Source: an uncultured Pseudomonadaceae bacterium
Lineage (GTDB): Bacteria; Pseudomonadota; Gammaproteobacteria; Pseudomonadales; Pseudomonadaceae
DNA length: 64,000 nucleotides
Reading direction: 5' to 3'
NCBI GenBank assembly: GCA_937876625.1
Contig: CALEGN010000311.1
Location: 3,454-67,453, forward strand
Below are positions 17,862 through 26,593 of the stretch, in pieces. Under the pieces are notes generated by a model. The model was not told the origin of the DNA and ran no database searches. It saw nothing but the letters and a program-made list of their open reading frames with translations. The stretch's first letter is position 1. Every line of letters begins with the position of its first letter. The translations under genes were made by a program, and so were the position numbers.

Positions 17862-19464
17862 AGGATTCCCGCGCGCAGTTATTCCCCTGGCGCGTTACCA
17901 AGAGCAGCAGCTTCCCGAGTATCAGGACAATCCGCTCATCAGCGCATTGCCTCCGATTCCTGATTTGCAGGAGGTAGTCGGTCTATTGCAGCAGCTTCCC
18001 GGTTTTGAGCCGCAGGAGGCGCATCTGGATGGTCGGCTCAGGGCTCATGCGATTGCCCGTCTGTTGCATGGTTTCTTCCAGCCGCTGAGCCATCACTTGG
18101 AGCTGGAAAGCAAGATCAGCCTGATGATCCGTCAGGGGTACATCGGTCGGAATCCGGCCAGCGGTGCCTGGTATGCGCATCTGCAGAATGGCTATCGTCG
18201 TGTCGAGGAGGAGGATCTGGATGCGGCGGTGTACCAGAGTGTCTCTTCTACGGCCAACAGTCTATCGCTGTTCGGTTGTTCCGGTTGCGGCAAGACGCGC
18301 ACGCTGGAGCGGATCCTGGGTATGTATCCCCAAGCTCTCCATCACCCTGAATACAACATCACTCAATTGGTCTACCTGAAGGTCGACTGTCCCATTGACG
18401 GTGACCTAGATGAACTGTGTCTGAGCTTCTTCAACGAAGCAGACAAAATACTGGGCACCCACTACAGCCGTAGCCACGGACGCAAGAAGCTGGGTACTAA
18501 ACGTCTGCTGGCATCCATGTGCCAGGTAGCCAATCTGCACGCGCTCGGAGTGCTGATCATCGACGAGGTTCAGAACCTCAACGAGGCACGCTCCGGTGGT
18601 GCCGAGAAAATGCACAATTTCTTCGTGTCGCTGGTGAACACCATAGGTGTTCCGATCATTCAGGTTGGCACCCACCGGGCCAGTAAGTTCTTCCAGCGTA
18701 CTTTCCGGGCTGCTCGGCGGGTCTCCGGGCTGGGTAGCATCCGCTGGGATAGATTGCCTCAGGACGAGCACTGGAGGCGTCTGTTGAAGCGGCTCTGGAA
18801 GTATCAGTGGCTGCGAAATGCGGCGCCGCTGGATGACGAACTAGAGGCGACCATGTACGACCTCACTCAAGGGGTCATGGACATCGTCATCAAGCTGTTC
18901 GCGCTGGCTCAGATTCGGGCAATAGTGACAGGGATCGAGTGCATCAAGCCGCTGTTGCTGCGCAGGGTTTTCGAGGACGAGTTCAAGCCGGTCCATCCGA
19001 TGCTGGCGGCTTTGCGGAGTGGTAGACCTGAACTGATCGCCAAGTATGACGACCTGCTGATGCCTGAGATCGAGGGACGGTTGCTGACCCTGACGCGCTC
19101 ACTGGATCACGTCGCTCAATCGAAGCCGCCGGCCCCTCCGGCTGATGACAAGGCGAAGCGGCTGGCAACTCTGCTCGAAGATATGGAAATCCCGAGGGAC
19201 ATCGCCATTCCCATGGCCGATGAATTGCTGACGGAAAATCCGGACATCCCGTTGGCAGTCCTGATTCATAAGGCCACGGCCTACCTCGCGCAGGACGCTC
19301 CCAAGAGGCCTGGAATTTCCAGGGTTAAGCGTACGCAGTGGGGGTGTTTATCCGAGGAGGATCTGCGTCGACGTTATGCCGATGGGCCTGAGAGCGAGGC
19401 CTATGAAAGATTCAAGCAGGCTGGCCTGATCTTCGATCTGCGACCTCTGCTGAGGGCAAGCTGA
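17854..19464 (+). CDS. tnsC: Tn7 AAA+ regulator TnsC
   Basis: Walker A GCSGCGKTRT, Walker B LIIDEVQNL, and NPLISALPP, MIRQGYIGRNP, VHPMLAALRSG, all collinear with Tn7 TnsC. 8-nt overlap with tnsB. Confidence 0.95.
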   Translation: MTEGFPRAVIPLARYQEQQLPEYQDNPLISALPPIPDLQEVVGLLQQLPGFEPQEAHLDGRLRAHAIARLLHGFFQPLSHHLELESKISLMIRQGYIGRNPASGAWYAHLQNGYRRVEEEDLDAAVYQSVSSTANSLSLFGCSGCGKTRTLERILGMYPQALHHPEYNITQLVYLKVDCPIDGDLDELCLSFFNEADKILGTHYSRSHGRKKLGTKRLLASMCQVANLHALGVLIIDEVQNLNEARSGGAEKMHNFFVSLVNTIGVPIIQVGTHRASKFFQRTFRAARRVSGLGSIRWDRLPQDEHWRRLLKRLWKYQWLRNAAPLDDELEATMYDLTQGVMDIVIKLFALAQIRAIVTGIECIKPLLLRRVFEDEFKPVHPMLAALRSGRPELIAKYDDLLMPEIEGRLLTLTRSLDHVAQSKPPAPPADDKAKRLATLLEDMEIPRDIAIPMADELLTENPDIPLAVLIHKATAYLAQDAPKRPGISRVKRTQWGCLSEEDLRRRYADGPESEAYERFKQAGLIFDLRPLLRAS

Positions 19465-19465
19465 C

Positions 19466-20964
19466 ATGTACTTCCCCAGGCTCTACCCGGACGAACTGCT
19501 CTACAGCGGTATTGCCCGGTGTCGAGTACATCTGGGGATTGGCAAGCACAAGACTTTGCTGCACATGCTTTTCGGTGACAGCAAGGTTGCCGCGATCACC
19601 GATCTGCCAACACACCTGACAGCTCTGGCGAACAATACTGGTCTTGACCCAACAAACGTGATCAAGAATCACACTCTGTTCCCGCTCTATGCCCCTTTCA
19701 TTCCGCCGGAGCGCCGTACCGATCTTTTTCAGGCCATGCTAGCTCCCAACCGGACGACGATTGGCCTGTCAGGGGCATCGACGGCCTTGGTCAAATGGCC
19801 CGAGTGGCTGCGTTACTGCCCGGTTTGCTTCGAGGGCATGGCGGCTCGTTTTGGTGAGCCCTACTGGCGGCGTAGCTGGCAGATCCAAGGGATAGATGCC
19901 TGTGCAGAGCATGGCTGTCAGCTCCTGAACTCACCCATCCCATTCCGTCGAGCGCAGCGGCATGAGTTTCATCCAGCCTCTCCACTGTTTCTGCCTCGTG
20001 ATCTTCGCGTGACCCCCGCGGGCGAAGAGGCTATCAGGCTCGCCAAGGCTGCTATGCAGTTGCTGGCGCTCGAAGAGGTGCAATCGCCTACGGGTGCTGG
20101 ACCAACCTGTACCGGTACCTGGCTACAGAGTGTGGCGCCAGGCGCGGCCGACAGGTCAGGGCTGAAGTCATTTGGGAGAAGGTCTTGGCATCCAATCGCA
20201 GGGATTGGCTTGCTGCTAACGGTCTGCTGACATCCGGAGAGTGTCCACCTTGGCTGTTTGCGATGTTCAGGAAGCATCGCAAGGGATTCAGTGCTCTGCA
20301 GCATCTGATTGTCTGGACCAGCCTGCGCCCTGGTCAGCATGTTGGCTCGCTGATCAGTGAAGCGAATACTCACCAGATCGACCTTGCCTCCGAGCGGTCA
20401 GTGCAGATGCTCCCTGCTGAGTTTGAGCATAAGCAGCAATACCGAACCATTTGGCTGCGAGCACTGGCTTATCACGGTGGAGCCAAAGCAGCCAGGCAAG
20501 ACGGAGCAGGGGCATGTTATGCCTAGCTTTATCGTCATGACCGACATTGGTTGATGGTTACGAACCAGGTCAGGCAGCACCGACAGGGCAACAACAGCCA
20601 CATCGACTGGGGAGCGCGCGACAGAAGGTTGGTGCGCCTGCTGATCCGGATTGGCAGAGGTAGTGAAGAAGACCTGGGCTTTCCGCGCAGGAGCCGCAAC
20701 TGGTTCCTGCAGCAGCTACCCCATCGGGCATCAGTTGAGCACCATCTCGGTCAACTGCCTCTGTGCCGCGCTTTCCTGGATCGCTATGCCGAGTCTGTCG
20801 GCGAGTATCAGATCCGTCGCCTGACTGCAGCGATGCTGGAGGATGTACAGACAGGCATAACGTCCAGGCGCTGGGAGCTGGAAAAGCGTTGTGGATTGGA
20901 AAAAAGCAGGATGGTACCGCTGACCACTGCGTTCGTTAGATTGATAGGAAGATGGATTGAATAG
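19466..20964 (+). pseudogene. tnsD: tnsD (TniQ-family attTn7 target selector), inactivated by one frameshift and one amber codon
   Basis: N-terminal TniQ domain with CPVC...CAEHGC. The frame switches near 20085-20092 (…EEVQSP | AYGCWTNLYRYLATECG…). TAG at 20524-20526 interrupts …CYA*LYRHDRHWL…, where Tn7 TnsD has YAWLYRHDRDWL. Total span is 1499 nt, one short of a multiple of 3. Confidence 0.85.
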
Positions 20965-22579
20965 GACTGTATTTCGTCAGATCCCGAACGGATCCAAATT
21001 ACTGGCCGTTGGAAATTTTTTCAGGGCCCCGACTCCGACAGCCGAGTGGCGCTTGGCGGCTCTCTTTGAGCGTAACGGTCAGTTGCAGCTGCAGCAGTTC
21101 GCAAAGGAGATGTCGTGTGTCTTGGCTGTTGGTCGCGAGTTTCTTGGAGACGAAGGGCCTCCCTACCGTCCTAGTGGTTTCAAGAAGACCGTGGTGCTTC
21201 CTGCAATAGATACCTGGCGGGAGCGGCAGTTGGGTGAGTGTCCACGTCTGGCCAGAAAGCTTGCTGCAAATCCTGAGATATCAGGACAGCGATGCTTTGT
21301 GTTTGAGGTCGATGGTCTGACCGTCTGGTTGCCGAAATTCGAGCTGGCGCGAAAAATGTTCTTCCACGCAGCCTTTATCGTGCGTGCAGCCTTCGAACCG
21401 AATGGCTTGGACATGGCCTTCACGCTCTACAGAGAGGACGATGTTGTTCATATCCATACGCCCGCGAAGACAGGTGCACCAAGTCAGCTTCTCAAAATCA
21501 GGGGATACCGAGACCATTTCAGTTGGCTGCTGCTGAATCAGGATGTGAAGCGATCCTTCGAGTCAATCTGGCAAAGCCTCAACCAAGGGCAGGAGCGGGT
21601 ACCGCAAGGTTCGGCGTATGCCAGGTGGCAGTTCGACTTTCAGGCACCCCCTTCCCTCGCGGGTACCTCCATGGATGTACGAGGTCCCTTTGATCCGGAA
21701 AGCAACGAATTGCTGGTCTGGGAGATCGAAAAGCTTCAGGGGCTCCGGTTTACCCATCGTGGCGATGTTTTTTTCCACCACCCTGCTCTCAAGTTACCAG
21801 TCAGGGGGGAAAAAACAGACTGTGTATCTGTGCCATCGGGAGCTGAAGAAGTGGAGGTGGATGCTGATGAAGAGCCAACGGCTGCCAAGGAGCAGAGGTT
21901 GATTCATCTGCCCGTTGAGGGAGTTACGTTTGATGCTCAGATGCGCACCAAGATCGCCTACAGCGGGGAGCGTGCCAACGGTCATGGCAAGATGGTCGAC
22001 GATGAGCAATGCCCGAGCAGAGAAAGCCAACTCTTCGGCGTGGCTGATCCTGTGAGCGAGGGCAGCATAGCGTCAGGAGAATTCCAACAATTGGGTGAGG
22101 GAGAGGGTGATGGGGACGAGCATGAACGGCTTGCAGATCGCTTCTCGCTGCTCCGAGAGATTCTTGAACAAATCACCCAAGAGTCTGGAGTTGCGCTGGT
22201 AGCACTGGAAGTGAGGCCTCTGCCGCCCGTTCCACGTTGCAGCTACCACATGATCGATCACGAAAAATCACGCTGTTATCTGCTGGCAAGGTTCAAGCTG
22301 CAAAACGGCGATCAACGCTACCTTCTAGAAATAGATACCTCAGACAACCGGAAGACCATGTCAACGCGGATCATGGGCTTCAAAGCAGGTGTTGAGGCAG
22401 GAAAATGCATAGACAGGATCTTGAGGGAGACAGTGAAAGGCTCGTTGCGTTGGCCAGGCACCATGGCGAAGTACTGTGAGCCTTTGCACTCTGTGCATCA
22501 CCCGAAAGAAAGCTCATCTGGGGCCAACCATACCAGGGTGTTCGACTGGAAGCAGCGCATACGCGCTGCCCTGAGCTGA
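20957..22579 (+). CDS. tnsE: TnsE (alternative target selector)
   Basis: FELARKMFF, SWLLLNQDVKRSFESIW, WQFDFQAPP, YLLEIDTSDNRKTMSTRI and GSLRWP...HHPK parallel Tn7 TnsE (LELARSLFL, VWLFSDQDVMDSYESIF, FSFDPPP, VLLEVDASDGVKMLSTKV, SSLNWP...NHPK). 540 aa against 538 aa in Tn7. TTG start per the track. Confidence 0.85.
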   Translation: MNRTVFRQIPNGSKLLAVGNFFRAPTPTAEWRLAALFERNGQLQLQQFAKEMSCVLAVGREFLGDEGPPYRPSGFKKTVVLPAIDTWRERQLGECPRLARKLAANPEISGQRCFVFEVDGLTVWLPKFELARKMFFHAAFIVRAAFEPNGLDMAFTLYREDDVVHIHTPAKTGAPSQLLKIRGYRDHFSWLLLNQDVKRSFESIWQSLNQGQERVPQGSAYARWQFDFQAPPSLAGTSMDVRGPFDPESNELLVWEIEKLQGLRFTHRGDVFFHHPALKLPVRGEKTDCVSVPSGAEEVEVDADEEPTAAKEQRLIHLPVEGVTFDAQMRTKIAYSGERANGHGKMVDDEQCPSRESQLFGVADPVSEGSIASGEFQQLGEGEGDGDEHERLADRFSLLREILEQITQESGVALVALEVRPLPPVPRCSYHMIDHEKSRCYLLARFKLQNGDQRYLLEIDTSDNRKTMSTRIMGFKAGVEAGKCIDRILRETVKGSLRWPGTMAKYCEPLHSVHHPKESSSGANHTRVFDWKQRIRAALS

Positions 22580-22795
22580 TCGCAATGTGCGCCGCAGTTC
22601 GGCTGCGACACAACTTGTCGCGAGCTGTGTGTAGCCTCATCGGGACTTACTGGCGCCGTGCCCTGGCGATGTAGGCACGGCTGGCCACTGGCTCCCGCTT
22701 GGTCGAGAGGTTAAGGTTCTCCACCTATCAAGATATCCAGCAGGGACGCGGCGTTCAGGCGCTCTCCCGGCCTCTGTACACAGGGAGAAGATGGC

Positions 22796-25700
22796 ATGGG
22801 CAAGAAGTCCCGAGAGAAGCGGGAGCGGAGGCTTGCACGAATGGAGGCCGACCATGGCCTTCTGTTGCAGGAGATGCTCGGGTTTCACGGGAAAATCGCT
22901 TACGAGAAAGATCAGGGACATTCATTTCGTAAGCGTCTCGAGGCGACCCGTGCGTTACTTCGCCAATATGAGCGTCTCGACGCAGCGATTGCCTTGAGTG
23001 TCTCCGAGCTATGGCTGGCCAATGCTGGAAGCCCTATCAAGCATATTTTCGCCTGGGGTGTTCTGCTAGATCTTCCGCACGATGACCAAGGCGGGATGCC
23101 AATCGCTAGCTATGCAGATTTCAAAGCGTTTGCAGAGGCACTGTACGAGGCATGGCCCGAGTTCCCGATGCTTGAGGACTTCTCCTCCGAGGCCGACTGG
23201 GGTGAAACCAAAGTACGCCTTGGCCAAGCTTTCGTTCCGATGTTCTACGGTAGCTGCATTGAGCGCACACCTGACTTCGTAGAGGCATTTCGCATCACTT
23301 ACGCACAGGTTCCAGAGGCACAAGCCCACATGGACCTCGCCATCGCATTGCAAGCACGGATCATCGAGTCGATGCTCGACCTGGGGGGCGCCCCCGCTGG
23401 GGAATCACAGCAAGCCCACGTCGAGGTGCCTCCCGAGGACTTTTGGCTGGCTTGTAGGTTAACGCTTCAGCAAATCGGTACCGATATTGCCGACTGGCGA
23501 GACAAGGCAAGGGGAGCACTCGATACTCGCTTTGGTGCTTTCAAAGCGCCGCTGACATGGCGCGCTTTCGGCGATGCGGTAATGCAGGGGGTGGCCCTCC
23601 CCTTTCTAGCGGTCGAAAGCGACGGCACCTGGGTGCCTATGTCGGCTCGTAACGCTCCTGGAGTCGTTGTTGACCATTGGGCCAACAACGCAATGGTTGA
23701 GGTCGGCGCTCATACGCATCGCAGGCTTGCCCTGTTCGTTGCCGAGCGATTTCCAAGGACGGTCGTGGGGCCTCTGGCGCTCGTCATTGGTGGCTCCATC
23801 TGTGAAGAGCTCCCTATCAGTTGCGTCATCTCAGCCAACTCTGGTGTGTATCTCATTTGCGCATGTGACCACGCATCGAATGAGCGGCTGTCAATCGCAG
23901 CGAAAGACGTGTACGGCAAAGTGAGGCGCGGCGCGCCGATCCACTTCCGTCTCGCAGACGGGCGCGGACTCATGTTATCTAAAGATGGAACCAATGGACC
24001 TAGTGCAGATGAGCTTCGAATAGTCATTGTGGTCACCCAAGCCGGCACTGCATTGGGCTCCATATCTGCGCCCGAGCGGCCCGCGCGCCTACTGCCGTTA
24101 GCGGACTTCATTACCATCTTCGACAGTTTGAGTGATCTCGACGAATTGGAGTGCTACTGGGAGTTCGTCGACTCTCAGAGAGGCTCTCTTAGCCTCTTCT
24201 CGAGCGGGCCTGCCGACTTGTATGCGTCATTCAAGGACACAAATGGCGTACTTGTCGAAGGGGCGATTTCCCCCACTCTTATCGGACTGGATCCTCACTG
24301 GGGCACTTCTTGGCGCTTCAAGGCACTTGCTGACTTCTGGTCGCGTGCACCAAGCGTTTTTCCTGATGGCTCTGTGGGCTGGCGGCTGAGCAATGGAACT
24401 AAAGGTGTCGTTGATCTCCAATCGCGCCATCACAAGGCAGTGGCATACTCAACATCTGTCGGCAGCTGCACAATTCAAACCCTGGTGGAAATCTCTGAAG
24501 GTCTGGGAATCGAGGATGCCCGCATGCTCGACCTCTTCGCCCAACTCCTTGCGGATTGCACCTATCGTTGCCGTGAGCTGATGTCGGACATCCCGCTGTT
24601 TCGGCAGCAGCATGTCCTGTTCATCTGTGGGCTCGCCCACTCTAGCTCTGTTGGCAATGATGAAGCTCCTCAGCCAATAGAGGGATTCGAGCGGGCAGTA
24701 ATTTCAGCGGAAGAGGATGCAGCTCGTAAGAGCATATTGCATCTGCAGGTCGACGCTCGTGCAGTGCTTGCAGGCCTAAACGCGGCCAAAGACGGCTCGT
24801 TCGAAGTTCGATGCTTACTGGAGACACTCGAAAGGTGTCACGACGTGTGTGGGCTGGAGTTGCCCATCGGTTTTGGAGAGCGGCTACGTGGCAGAGCATC
24901 GGAGCCGGCTCGCTACCACTTGAGGGTCGCTGCCCGAAACGTTGATGTCCCTGACTACGTGGAACCCGTAATCCCCTCGCCCGCTAACTACAAGCTTGCT
25001 CGCAAGCATTTGGCGGCCGAAATCATGGCGCTCGATTTGGCTCCAGGGCGCTATGAGCTTTCCGATGCCAAGGCAAGAATTGATCCTGCTGGCGCTCGTT
25101 TGCGTCTTCACATCGAGAATCGGCTGGCATCGCTCGACAGGTACCAACTTCTCCGGGCTTTCATTGAGCAGCACGATGCGCTTCTTGTAACCGAGAGGAT
25201 GAAGATTCAGCGCACCCGTCAGAGCCTAGCTCATGATGTGGACTACGACAGGCTAGAGGCCATTGAACAAGCCCGCAAAGACTACGGCTCCGTAGCTCGT
25301 CACTACCGATACCTACTGGAGAAAACTGTTAGCTCGCCGGCAACCGGTACTGAGGACGCCACTGACGATGTACTGCGTGAGCTGGTTGGCCTGGTTGACT
25401 GGTACATGGTGCTTACAGGGGCCAGCGACGTCCTTCACAACGGCATCGACGTTGGTGGCGTTGAGATTGACGACTCGTACATTCCAGAGGTCTTCTACTC
25501 GACTGGAGCCGATGACCGTGAGGCGGAATTTGCACGCGAGTATGCGAAATCAAGGCTAGGGCTTGGTGCAAACAGCGAAGATGCTGTGGAGGGTGCATCG
25601 GAGGACTTGCTGTCTTCAGAGAAGTTCAAGAGTGCTTTTGCAGCTGACGTGGGGTTTGACCTGCAAAATCTAGTCACTGCTCTCGCAGTTTTGTCACAAG

Positions 25701-26593
25701 CGCAAAGGTACGGGTTTGGCGATGAGCTCTCGCTATCTTATGCCGCTTCTCCAAGCCGCGTCGCGCAAGGACTGGCCGACAGCATTGAGATGCTTGATTT
25801 TGCCGAGGCGGAAAGGATAGTGACGTTCCTCACTCTTTCGGAGCAAGGCGTTCGCAGGCTGTCCGGAAGGAGTGTCGACGAGATCGATGTTCCTTACTGG
25901 GAGCACAGTAAGCGAATCCATCGATACGCGATCAGGCCGCTGGTTGTCGATGGCACAAACTTGCGTTGGGGAGCAGAGACGGTCAGTCGGTCGATGTACA
26001 ACTGGATGTCAGCAGTGCGGGACGGCTACCTCCCTGCGGACTTCGATTGGCCCCATGTCCAACCAGTCATACGGGAGGTCAAGGAGAGTATCGAGAATCG
26101 GCTGGAGCTCCGCACCGAGGAGATATTCCTTCGGCACACTCCATTCGTTCATCGAGGCATCGACTTTTTCCGGAAGTTCCGCAGCGAGGGGTTCGAGGAC
26201 GTCGGGGACTTCGACGTATTCGCTTATTGGCCAGATGCGAACCTACTCGTGACCGTGGAGTGCAAGTACAACCAGCCGCCCTACACAGTGAAAGATGGCC
26301 GTCGACTCCGTGACCGAATATTCGGCAAAGCTGAGGACGACAAGGCTGGGCAGTTCAGTCGAATTCTTCGCCGAAGGCAGTTTCTCGAGAAAAACCGCGC
26401 AAGGACGCTTGAGCTGTTGAAGTGGCCGAAGTCGGAGGCCAAGCCTTTCCGGCATGTGGAGCTCTACGTGAGCCGTGACGTGTACTACTGGATGGTTCAT
26501 CCGCCGTACCCTGTTCCGACCAAGTTCGTGCGAGTGGACACACTGGATACCTGGATCAAGACCGAGCTCATCACGTCTCGCCCCCATGTCTGA
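22796..26593 (+). CDS. Cargo gene A: 1265-aa uncharacterised protein with a C-terminal PD-(D/E)xK-like nuclease motif
   Basis: GGGAGA (22783-22788) lies 7 nt before ATG 22796. No P-loop seen. Near the C-terminus, GDFDVFAYWPDANLLVTVECKYNQ (about 26204-26275) fits a D...E-x-K restriction-endonuclease-like core. The rest is not recognisable to me. Confidence 0.85.
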   Translation: MGKKSREKRERRLARMEADHGLLLQEMLGFHGKIAYEKDQGHSFRKRLEATRALLRQYERLDAAIALSVSELWLANAGSPIKHIFAWGVLLDLPHDDQGGMPIASYADFKAFAEALYEAWPEFPMLEDFSSEADWGETKVRLGQAFVPMFYGSCIERTPDFVEAFRITYAQVPEAQAHMDLAIALQARIIESMLDLGGAPAGESQQAHVEVPPEDFWLACRLTLQQIGTDIADWRDKARGALDTRFGAFKAPLTWRAFGDAVMQGVALPFLAVESDGTWVPMSARNAPGVVVDHWANNAMVEVGAHTHRRLALFVAERFPRTVVGPLALVIGGSICEELPISCVISANSGVYLICACDHASNERLSIAAKDVYGKVRRGAPIHFRLADGRGLMLSKDGTNGPSADELRIVIVVTQAGTALGSISAPERPARLLPLADFITIFDSLSDLDELECYWEFVDSQRGSLSLFSSGPADLYASFKDTNGVLVEGAISPTLIGLDPHWGTSWRFKALADFWSRAPSVFPDGSVGWRLSNGTKGVVDLQSRHHKAVAYSTSVGSCTIQTLVEISEGLGIEDARMLDLFAQLLADCTYRCRELMSDIPLFRQQHVLFICGLAHSSSVGNDEAPQPIEGFERAVISAEEDAARKSILHLQVDARAVLAGLNAAKDGSFEVRCLLETLERCHDVCGLELPIGFGERLRGRASEPARYHLRVAARNVDVPDYVEPVIPSPANYKLARKHLAAEIMALDLAPGRYELSDAKARIDPAGARLRLHIENRLASLDRYQLLRAFIEQHDALLVTERMKIQRTRQSLAHDVDYDRLEAIEQARKDYGSVARHYRYLLEKTVSSPATGTEDATDDVLRELVGLVDWYMVLTGASDVLHNGIDVGGVEIDDSYIPEVFYSTGADDREAEFAREYAKSRLGLGANSEDAVEGASEDLLSSEKFKSAFAADVGFDLQNLVTALAVLSQAQRYGFGDELSLSYAASPSRVAQGLADSIEMLDFAEAERIVTFLTLSEQGVRRLSGRSVDEIDVPYWEHSKRIHRYAIRPLVVDGTNLRWGAETVSRSMYNWMSAVRDGYLPADFDWPHVQPVIREVKESIENRLELRTEEIFLRHTPFVHRGIDFFRKFRSEGFEDVGDFDVFAYWPDANLLVTVECKYNQPPYTVKDGRRLRDRIFGKAEDDKAGQFSRILRRRQFLEKNRARTLELLKWPKSEAKPFRHVELYVSRDVYYWMVHPPYPVPTKFVRVDTLDTWIKTELITSRPHV

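Noticed and set aside
22580-22795. Hairpins in the tnsE-to-cargo intergenic region (for example GCCGTGCC-N11-GGCACGGC at 22655-22681), and small ORFs at 22637-22921(-) and 22791-22997(+).
   Set aside because: The hairpin has no U-tract, so I cannot call a terminator. The small ORFs overlap gene A or its leader and have no SD sequence or recognisable sequence.
26475-26585. Upstream extension of cargo gene B (track start 26475).
   Set aside because: The extension lies entirely inside gene A in another frame and translates to Ser/Arg/Trp-rich sequence. ATG 26586 gives the conserved nuclease N-terminus and the typical ATGxxTGA coupling.
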